Assembly: GCA_963765495.1 (NCBI GenBank)
Contig: CAVXWP010000008.1
Location: 544,001 to 608,000, forward strand
Length of the DNA stretch: 64,000 nucleotides
From: Blastocatellia bacterium
GTDB lineage: Bacteria > Acidobacteriota > Blastocatellia > UBA7656
Reading direction: 5' to 3'
The position numbers and the translations under genes are program-made. Shown piece after piece: positions 56,336-64,000 of this stretch. Numbering within the stretch: position 1 is the first letter of the stretch; each line of letters opens with the position of its first letter. The notes under the pieces were generated by a model that was not told where the DNA came from, searched no databases, and worked only from the letters and a program-made list of their open reading frames with translations.

Positions 56336-57370
56336 ATGTTATACCGCAAAGAATTCTCAATGCGAATCATTGCCGTGCTGGTCGCCTTGATGATTTTTGC
56401 CGGGCCTGCATCTGCACTTGGCGCTGACAGCAATGATAAAGAGACCAAACCGCTTAAAGAGAAAGAGAACCCTCTTCTCATCGGCAAGCGGCAAATTAAT
56501 AAAGGCAGCATAAATTTTTACTCGCTCGAAAAGGAGCGAAAACTGGGCCAGGAACTTGCCTCGGAGGTTGATCGAACTGCCAAATTCATCACAGATCCCG
56601 TGATCACCGAGTACATAAATCGAGTGGGCCAGAACATTGCCCTGCATTCGGACGGGCAGATGCCTTTTACAATCAAGGTTATAGACTCATCTGATGTAAA
56701 TGCGTTTGCGCTGCCGGGTGGATTCCTCTATGTCAACACCGGGCTGATACTTGCCGCAGACAGTGAAGCCGAGATTGCCGGGGTGATGGCCCACGAAATA
56801 GCTCATGTAACCGCGCGGCACGGCGTAGAGCAGGCATCTAAAGGGAGGCTATTACAGTTCCTCTCGATCCCCTTGATTTTTGTAGGCGGTCCCGTAGGCG
56901 TGATTGTGCAGAACGCAGCCAATATTCTTGTGCCTCTGACATTTTTGAAATTCAGTCGGGGGGCCGAAGAGGAGGCGGATCGTCTCGGTCTGCAATACCT
57001 CTGGGCATCGGGCTACGACCCAACGGAGATGCTGAATTTCTTTGAGAAACTAAAGTCCAGAGAAAAAGATGATCCCGGCACTCTGGCAAAAGTTTTCAGC
57101 ACACATCCGACAACAAAAAAGCGACTGGAGAAGGCCCGCAGCCTTCTGGCCCGCTTCCCGGAGCGTGATGAATACACCATCTCCACATCAGAATTCAGTC
57201 GGGTAAAAGACAGGCTCCTCCATTTGACCAACCAGCGGGTGCTCGATGGAAGCGGTCGAGGGCCAACGCTTAAGCGAAAGCCCCCCACACTAAAACGTGG
57301 CGATTCCGGCTCCGATGATTCGGTGAAAAATCCGCCTACATTGAAGCGCAAGCCCGATAGCGGCAATTGA
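56336..57370 (+). CDS. M48 family metalloprotease
   Basis: NAFALPGG, HEIAH, EEEADRLG, STHP; three PTLKR tail repeats. Confidence 0.92.
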   Translation: MLYRKEFSMRIIAVLVALMIFAGPASALGADSNDKETKPLKEKENPLLIGKRQINKGSINFYSLEKERKLGQELASEVDRTAKFITDPVITEYINRVGQNIALHSDGQMPFTIKVIDSSDVNAFALPGGFLYVNTGLILAADSEAEIAGVMAHEIAHVTARHGVEQASKGRLLQFLSIPLIFVGGPVGVIVQNAANILVPLTFLKFSRGAEEEADRLGLQYLWASGYDPTEMLNFFEKLKSREKDDPGTLAKVFSTHPTTKKRLEKARSLLARFPERDEYTISTSEFSRVKDRLLHLTNQRVLDGSGRGPTLKRKPPTLKRGDSGSDDSVKNPPTLKRKPDSGN

Positions 57371-57440
57371 TACGATACGCCCCCGCCAGATCGGTGGCCG
57401 GTTGATTCGGTTCCTTTATGCTTAGGACACTGATCGCCGC

Positions 57441-58373
57441 TCACCGGCCACTGCTTTCATCTGGCGAACAGGTTTGAATGAAACTTCGCAAGGCTTCCAG
57501 ATAAGACTTTCCACCGACCAGATACGTAGAATTGTGAGGCGCATTCTTCACTTCATAAAAACGTTTTGGTTCAGGCGCGGCTTCGAAGAGTTTCCGCCCA
57601 AGCGCATAAGGAACCACCTCGTCGGCCGGACTGTGGACGAAAAGCTTTGGACATCGGACGGCTGTGATCTTATCAATGGAATTCATCTTCGAGTGAAGCA
57701 ATATACTCGGAAAGAAAGGCAGGATGGTCCGAGCCATATCGGCTGCGGACGTAAAGCTCGATTGCACGATCAAACCGGCGGGGCTTACTTTTCCGGCAAG
57801 GTCTATCGCTGGAACCCCGCCGAGCGACTTCCCAAAGATGATTATTTTATTCGAGCTTATGCCCCGCTCACTTACCAGGAAATTCCATGCGGCGCGGGCA
57901 TCCAGATACAGGCCCTTCTCCGAAGGAGCGCCTTCGCTTTTGCCGTAGCCGCGATAATCGATGATGAAAATCTGTGCAGGTAAAGCCATCAACACTCTTA
58001 TCATTTCGTAACGGTAGGTCAGGTTTCCCGCATTTCCGTGGAGAAAAAGCAAGACCATTTTTGAAGGCAATTCAATAAGCGCGCCGCCTTCGCTCTTAAG
58101 AGGCGTACAGTACCAGCCGTGTAGCGATACCCCGTCTTCGGTGGTAATAAAACAATCCTCTATTTTGGGAATTATGTCGCCATCGCGCAAAGGTATTCGG
58201 CTTGTGTCCCAGAGGCCATCAGGATACTTTGTCGGGAAAAAGATAAATCGGTCTTCCAACAGCATCAAGGCTATCACCAGACCCGCGCAAAGCAAAAGTG
58301 ATAATCGCGCGATCCGCCAGCCGAAATTGGTGTTGTGGCAGAGATTCTTTAGAAACTTCTTCACTCGCCCCAC
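57441..58373 (-). CDS. Alpha/beta hydrolase (ABHD13/Bem46-like)
   Basis: HGNAGN, DYRGYGKSEG.PSE.G, GKSLGG, DEVVP, HN. Confidence 0.9.
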   Translation of the reverse strand: MGRVKKFLKNLCHNTNFGWRIARLSLLLCAGLVIALMLLEDRFIFFPTKYPDGLWDTSRIPLRDGDIIPKIEDCFITTEDGVSLHGWYCTPLKSEGGALIELPSKMVLLFLHGNAGNLTYRYEMIRVLMALPAQIFIIDYRGYGKSEGAPSEKGLYLDARAAWNFLVSERGISSNKIIIFGKSLGGVPAIDLAGKVSPAGLIVQSSFTSAADMARTILPFFPSILLHSKMNSIDKITAVRCPKLFVHSPADEVVPYALGRKLFEAAPEPKRFYEVKNAPHNSTYLVGGKSYLEALRSFIQTCSPDESSGR

Positions 58374-58574
58374 CTCTTCCAGTCTTTAACGCCCGATCAG
58401 TTTTTGAGTTGCGACCAATTGGCGAAAAAAATTAATCGCCTACGCTTGGTTAGCCAGAACACGCTTCCGATCTTTACAATCCTTGACCAGCATCAGGGCA
58501 ATATGGTACGCATGGCTATTCAATATTATGTGGGTTGATTCGAATCTTTACTTTAGCACCGGGAGGATCTCAAA

Positions 58575-60269
58575 ATGCGACGTAAGCTTTACATCTCAGG
58601 GCTTTTGCTTCTAATGACCGGGGGCCTCTTGTTTGCCCCGATCTATTCGACCGGAGCAACTGATTCAAATAATTCTCAGGGCAAGTCCGGCTCTTCACCC
58701 TCGCCAAAGCCGGCTTCTTCTTTACCACTTACGGTGAGCGTAAGGATGGTGGGACCGGATCAGGCCGCTATGGATGAGGCAAGAGATAGAGCCGTCAATG
58801 CCCCGTCAGTGCAGAGATATTTGATCGGGAACAAGTATCGCATAGTAGGATTCGAGTTGATAAACCCAGAATTCAAAGGCAAAGGCGATCCGCCGCCGCC
58901 TGAGCTATTCCGCGAAACCATCTATGATTACACCAATAGCAGGACGATCATTGTCGATGGTAGTTTCAAGAAGGCCGATCTTTCGGTCGCTTTGACAAAT
59001 GATCAACCGCTGCCAAGCGAAGAAGAATTTCAGGCCGCTATAGAGATCGCAAAAAGAGACCCGCAGATCGGTGCCGCAATACGCGACGGCAAGCTGGTTC
59101 CCTACCACTCGATGCCGCCGATAATTGAAACAGCGGGTTCCGGCGACCATACAGGGCGAACACTCACAGTCGGATTGAGACCCACGACTCCTGATTTTAA
59201 CAACGAGATAATCGCCGTAAATATGCTCAAGGAAACAGTAGTCAGATTTTCAAAGGGCAGCCCCGACCTATCGCTTGCTGCTCCGACCGCTTGCGGCGTA
59301 CCGAGCGCCGGGCAAACCTCAACTGGCAGGGGCGTGGCGGGAACCTATGAGGTAGTTATAAATCAAGGCCAGACGGAAATCTGGCGATTTACGGCCACGC
59401 GGCCTTCGGCTTCTTCCGGGACACGCGCATCGGGGATCGAATTGAATAATGTGACCTACAAAGGCAAAAAGGTTCTCAATCGCGCTCACGCGCCGATCCT
59501 CAATGTCCAGTATACTCCGAGTTTATGCGGACCCTACCGCGACTGGCAATATCAGGAAGGTATGCTTGTTGCCAACGGTACGGATGTCGCGCCGGGGTTC
59601 CGTCTCTGCGACACTCCTCCTCAGACGATTCTCGACAACGGCACCGACACCGGCAATTTCCTCGGTGTCGCGGTTTATATCTCAGGGCCGGAAGTGCAAC
59701 TGATAAGCGAGATGCAGGCAGGGTGGTATCGCTACATCAGCGAGTGGCGTTTTCACCAAGACGGCACAATCCGCCCCCGCTTCGGATTTGACGGCGTGAC
59801 CAATTCCTGCATTTGCAACATACACCACCATCATGTGTACTGGAGATTCGATTTCGACATAGATACATCGGCAAACAACATCGTCTATGAAGACAACCTC
59901 CGCTCCTGGCCCAATCCTCTGACTACGGAAATCAAGCGAATAAGAGACACTTCGTGGGTTCGCAGGTGGTATATCCAAAATGTCGCTTCGGGGGACACAT
60001 ATGCCATTGTGCCGGGGGACGGGGACGGGAAGGCCGATACATACGCTCGCGGCGATGTATGGGTGCTTCAATATCACAGCAATGAACTCGATGACGGGCA
60101 CAATTCTACAAGCTCTAACACCGAGGCCGATCTGGATCAGTTCGTAACCGGCGAATCGGTGCAGAATCAGGACATCGTCGTCTGGTACGCCGCGCATTTT
60201 ATCCACGACGAACTGGGTGGCACGGCTATTCACATAGTCGGCCCCGATCTTATAAAGGTCGCCTGGTAA
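58575..60269 (+). CDS. Secreted copper amine oxidase-like protein
   Basis: GWYRY..W.F..DGTI, HHHHVYWRFDFDID, QDIVVWY..H. Confidence 0.6.
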   Translation: MRRKLYISGLLLLMTGGLLFAPIYSTGATDSNNSQGKSGSSPSPKPASSLPLTVSVRMVGPDQAAMDEARDRAVNAPSVQRYLIGNKYRIVGFELINPEFKGKGDPPPPELFRETIYDYTNSRTIIVDGSFKKADLSVALTNDQPLPSEEEFQAAIEIAKRDPQIGAAIRDGKLVPYHSMPPIIETAGSGDHTGRTLTVGLRPTTPDFNNEIIAVNMLKETVVRFSKGSPDLSLAAPTACGVPSAGQTSTGRGVAGTYEVVINQGQTEIWRFTATRPSASSGTRASGIELNNVTYKGKKVLNRAHAPILNVQYTPSLCGPYRDWQYQEGMLVANGTDVAPGFRLCDTPPQTILDNGTDTGNFLGVAVYISGPEVQLISEMQAGWYRYISEWRFHQDGTIRPRFGFDGVTNSCICNIHHHHVYWRFDFDIDTSANNIVYEDNLRSWPNPLTTEIKRIRDTSWVRRWYIQNVASGDTYAIVPGDGDGKADTYARGDVWVLQYHSNELDDGHNSTSSNTEADLDQFVTGESVQNQDIVVWYAAHFIHDELGGTAIHIVGPDLIKVAW

Positions 60270-60295
60270 GATTGCGACATTCTCCTTTCGACCCT

Positions 60296-60335
60296 GAAAG
60301 AGCATTGAGCCGCAACTCAATGCTCTTTCTTTTTC
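60296..60335 (+). terminator. Rho-independent terminator
   Basis: gaaagagcattgag-ccgcaa-ctcaatgctctttc followed by a T-rich tract. Confidence 0.85.
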
Positions 60336-60408
60336 TGCCTTTCATAGCCCTCCTTCATACTCGCCGACTGTGCAGATTGAGCGATTCGTATGCTATAAAG
60401 TAAGAAGA

Positions 60409-60894
60409 GTGGGAAAGATCATCGAACAGATAGAAATGCTTGAAGAGCGCGAGCGATTGCGCAGGTCGGGCAAGCAACTCGTTTTCACAAACGGCTGTTT
60501 TGACCTCCTGCATTCAGGGCACGTCCGCTATCTGAAGCACGCACGCTCGCTCGGTGATGCGCTTGTGGTAGCGCTCAACAGCGACGCTTCTGTCCGCGCG
60601 CTCAAGGGACCGGGACGCCCAATCCTCGATGAGAATGAACGGGCCGAAGTAATGGCGGCGCTCGAAGCGGTAGACTATGTAATAGTCTTTGACGAAGAGA
60701 CCCCGCAGCAGGTGATTGCGCGCTTGCTGCCCGATGTGCTCGTCAAAGGGGGTGACTGGGCCCTGGACGAGATCATAGGTCGGCGGGAAGTCGAAGCCGA
60801 AGGTGGAATGGTCCTTTCCCTCCCCTATATAGAAGGATCGTCCACGACCGGCATCATCGAAAGGATTCTTAACAGCAGGCAGAAAGAGCGATGA
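60409..60894 (+). CDS. rfaE2: D-glycero-beta-D-manno-heptose 1-phosphate adenylyltransferase
   Basis: [37 protein letters not shown]. Confidence 0.93.
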   Translation: MGKIIEQIEMLEERERLRRSGKQLVFTNGCFDLLHSGHVRYLKHARSLGDALVVALNSDASVRALKGPGRPILDENERAEVMAALEAVDYVIVFDEETPQQVIARLLPDVLVKGGDWALDEIIGRREVEAEGGMVLSLPYIEGSSTTGIIERILNSRQKER

Positions 60895-62804
60895 AGAACA
60901 TCATAGTCGGAACCGCCGGCCATATAGATCACGGGAAAACAGCGCTCGTAAAGGCGCTGACGGGCATTGACGCCGACCGGCTCAAAGAAGAAAAACAGCG
61001 CGGAATAACCATAGACATAGGTTTTGCCGACCTCTCGATTGGCGATTTCCGTTTCGGTTTCGTAGATGTTCCGGGCCACGAACGCTTTGTAAAGAATATG
61101 CTTGCCGGCGCTCACGGGATTGATCTTGTGATGCTTGTCGTCGGAGCAGACGAATCAATAATGCCGCAAACCCGCGAGCATTTCGATATTTGCAGACTGC
61201 TCGAAGTGAAATCGGGTCTGGTCGCGCTTACAAAAGCCGATCTTGTCGATGAGGAATTGCTTGAACTCGCTCGCGCAGAGGTTGAGGATTTCGTAAGAGG
61301 CTCGTTTCTCGAAGAGGCTCAAATCATCGCGGTCAGTTCACGCACGGGTCAGGGGATTGAAGAACTAAAAAACGCTCTGGTAGAGATCGCCTCGTCGATT
61401 TCGCCAAAGACCGCAACGGCGGTCCCGCGCCTCCCCGTTGATCGAGATTTTTCCATAAAAGGATTTGGCACCGTTGTCACCGGATCGCTCATCGCAGGCG
61501 CTCTTAAAGTCGGGGATGAACTCGAAGTCCTCCCCGAAGGCGTGCGAACGCGAATCCGAAACCTGCAAGTCCACGGTGAAAATACCGACCGCGCACTCGC
61601 CGGGCAACGCACAGCCGTAAACCTCCAGGGTGTAGGCGTTGAACAGGTCCCGCGCGGGAGCGTGCTTGCCCCTGCCGGACGCCTTCGCCCCACATCCATG
61701 ATAGATGCGCGGCTTCACCTGCTCGCAAGCGCCCCGCGCCCGCTCACAAACCGGGCACGAGTGCGACTCCACCACGGCACGGCGGAGGTCATGGCCCGCG
61801 TCGTCATCCTTGCCGATGCGGATCAGTCCAATGCCCTTGAGCCGGGAGACAATCGCATAGTGCAACTCAGACTCGAAGGGCAGATAGTTGCCCTGCCTAC
61901 CGACCGTTTCATCATAAGGAGCTATTCCCCACAGGTGACTATCGGGGGCGGCATCATAATAGACGCTTTGCCGGAAAAGCATCGCATACGCGACCGGGAG
62001 GCCCGCGACCGGCTTTGTGCCCTCGAAAAGAGTTCCCCAACAGACCGCGCTGCCAATTTCATAGAGATGGCAGGCGCTCGCGCAATGAGCGGGGCCGAAA
62101 TTGCAGCCCGAACCGGCGCGACCGACGAACAGATCGCGGACTTTGCAAACGAACTTATAAAAAGCGGGCAAGCAATCGAAGTATCCAATTCGCCCCTGAT
62201 TCTGATCTCCTCAACAACATACAAGATGCTGGCCGACCGCGTAGTCACCTTGCTTTCCGAACATCACAAGCGAGAGCCGCTCGCGCTCGGGCTTGGGCGC
62301 GAGGAAGTACGCGAGCGCGTTTCAGTCAATCTGATGCCGGAGGTCTTCCGCACAGTTATTACCCGCCTGTCGGATGAAAAAAGAGTAACGGCAGAACGCG
62401 ATCTTCTGCGGCTGTCATCGCACAGCCCTGCTCTCAGTCGCGAACACGAAGCCGCAAAACAGGCCCTGGAAGCCGCTTTCAAGGCGTCCGGCCTTCAGGC
62501 GGAGTCTCTGGATGATACGGCGGCGAGACTCAAGATACCCCTTGATAAGGCTCGAAAACTTTACAACCTGCTTTCATCCGAGGCCAAAGTCTTGCGGATT
62601 GGCGATCTGGTCTATCACACGGATTCAATCGAGGATTTGAAAGCAAGATTGCGAGCGCAAAAGGAGATCAATTCAAGGATGGATGTAGCGGTCTTCAAAA
62701 ACATAACTGGTGGTCTTACGCGAAAGTACGCCATTCCGCTACTCGAATATCTGGACCGCGAGCGCATCACTCGCCGCATCGGCAACGAGCGGGAAATACT
62801 CTGA
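60891..62804 (+). CDS. selB: Selenocysteine-specific elongation factor
   Basis: [24 protein letters not shown]-terminal [13 protein letters not shown]. Confidence 0.96.
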   Translation: MKNIIVGTAGHIDHGKTALVKALTGIDADRLKEEKQRGITIDIGFADLSIGDFRFGFVDVPGHERFVKNMLAGAHGIDLVMLVVGADESIMPQTREHFDICRLLEVKSGLVALTKADLVDEELLELARAEVEDFVRGSFLEEAQIIAVSSRTGQGIEELKNALVEIASSISPKTATAVPRLPVDRDFSIKGFGTVVTGSLIAGALKVGDELEVLPEGVRTRIRNLQVHGENTDRALAGQRTAVNLQGVGVEQVPRGSVLAPAGRLRPTSMIDARLHLLASAPRPLTNRARVRLHHGTAEVMARVVILADADQSNALEPGDNRIVQLRLEGQIVALPTDRFIIRSYSPQVTIGGGIIIDALPEKHRIRDREARDRLCALEKSSPTDRAANFIEMAGARAMSGAEIAARTGATDEQIADFANELIKSGQAIEVSNSPLILISSTTYKMLADRVVTLLSEHHKREPLALGLGREEVRERVSVNLMPEVFRTVITRLSDEKRVTAERDLLRLSSHSPALSREHEAAKQALEAAFKASGLQAESLDDTAARLKIPLDKARKLYNLLSSEAKVLRIGDLVYHTDSIEDLKARLRAQKEINSRMDVAVFKNITGGLTRKYAIPLLEYLDRERITRRIGNEREIL

Positions 62805-62823
62805 TGCCGAGATGTTACACATC

Positions 62824-63957
62824 TCACGCGGTCTGATTCAGATGCGCGTCTTTTACCGGCGAGAGTTCTCGCGCGAGCTTTTCCCATTCTTCGAGCGGGA
62901 CGCTGCAAAAGGCTTCGACAATTTGTGGATCAAACTGTTTACCTGCGCCGGTCTTAAGCTCGTCACAGGCTTCCTGGAAGCTCCGAGGTTTGTCGTAGAG
63001 CCGATCCGAAGTGATCGCATCAACCGCATCTGCCACGGCGAATACCCGAGCCTTCAAATCTATGTCAGTGCCCGAGAGCCCCGCCGGATAGCCGCCCCCG
63101 TCCCATCGCTCGTGATGTTGCGCCACTACGGGAAGCGCCTCGCTCAGATAGGGGATCCCTTCGATAATCTTTGCGCCTTTCAGAGGGTGTTTCTTCATCT
63201 CTTGCCACTCGTCGGCGGTAAGCCCCATGGGTTTGAGCAAGATGCGGTCTTCGACACCTATCTTTCCTATATCATGAAAGAGCGCGCCGAGCGCCAGCGC
63301 CTTCATCTGTTCATCATCCATTCCGAGATGGCTGGCAAGCTTCAGGCTGTAGGCCACGACCCTGTCTGAGTGTCCCCGGGTTTCGATATTTCGAGTCTCA
63401 AGCACCGTCGCAAGCGCGCTAATCGTCGAGTGATAAACCGATTCGAGATCAGAGAGCGCTTTGCTCAGGCTTTGATTCAGGTTTTCAAGTTCGGAAACAT
63501 AGGCGGCCATGCGCCGCTCATTATGTTGCGCGGTGCGGGCTATTATGTGATGGCTTAACGCGCGTTTTACGCTCAACTCTACGTGTTCCGGGTCAAAGGG
63601 TTTGATTATGTAATCGAACGCCCCCATCCTCATCGCTTTGATCGCGCTCTGTATCCCCGTGACGCCACTGACTACAATGACGGGGGTAGTTGGCGACAGG
63701 GAGGCAACACCGCTTATTATCGAATACCCATCGATGTTTGGCATCATTAGATCGGCCAGCACCACTGAATAATGACGCTTCCTGATCTTTTCCATCGCCT
63801 GCTCACCGGCATAAGCCGCATCGCAACTATAAAATTGCGAAAGGAAGGCAGCCAGCATGTCGCAAGTGTCGCGGTTATCATCAATAATCAGGACTGCGGC
63901 CCTGTCCGGGTCTGATCTCTTTTCCTGTAGTGATTTTTGATCAATAGATTGGGCCAT
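62824..63957 (-). CDS. Response regulator with HD-GYP phosphodiesterase domain
   Basis: N-terminal REC domain, HDIGK, HHERWDGGGYP. Confidence 0.93.
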   Translation of the reverse strand: MAQSIDQKSLQEKRSDPDRAAVLIIDDNRDTCDMLAAFLSQFYSCDAAYAGEQAMEKIRKRHYSVVLADLMMPNIDGYSIISGVASLSPTTPVIVVSGVTGIQSAIKAMRMGAFDYIIKPFDPEHVELSVKRALSHHIIARTAQHNERRMAAYVSELENLNQSLSKALSDLESVYHSTISALATVLETRNIETRGHSDRVVAYSLKLASHLGMDDEQMKALALGALFHDIGKIGVEDRILLKPMGLTADEWQEMKKHPLKGAKIIEGIPYLSEALPVVAQHHERWDGGGYPAGLSGTDIDLKARVFAVADAVDAITSDRLYDKPRSFQEACDELKTGAGKQFDPQIVEAFCSVPLEEWEKLARELSPVKDAHLNQTA

Positions 63958-64000
63958 AATACTCCATCAATCGGACTGGCGTCCTTATCAGCGTTCAGGG

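Overview
Bacterial chromosomal window, probably Acidobacteriota (inferred from a VWFA-related protein, an ADOP-type ABC permease and an M48 protease with PTLKR tail repeats). Housekeeping blocks sit at both ends. Left (1-12.5 kb): aldose epimerase, mpg, hemE-hemH-hemY, pyrR-pyrB-pyrC, S8 protease, ubiD. Right (56-64 kb): M48 protease, hydrolase, copper-amine-oxidase-like protein, rfaE2, selB, HD-GYP regulator. Between them (about 12.9-54.8 kb) is a ~42 kb accessory island. It is punctuated on the + strand by about 15 copies or remnants of one ~85-bp repeat with canonical integron attC architecture (GCCTAAC-N5-ATTCCAGC...GCTGAAT-N5-GTTAGGC), plus at least two unrelated attC sites. No integrase is present in the window, so this looks like an integrase-less, partly fossilised cassette array carrying unusually large genes. 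A composite transposon of two direct IS630 copies is nested in the array and splits a DUF2182 gene. It carries a truncated group II intron inserted right after an ATG, a frameshifted cytolysin-D4-like gene and a GAF-GAF-PAS adenylate cyclase. Several palindromic MITE/REP-like families, an IS903-type miniature element and many pseudogenes are also present. All family assignments come from motif recognition by eye; no database search was run.
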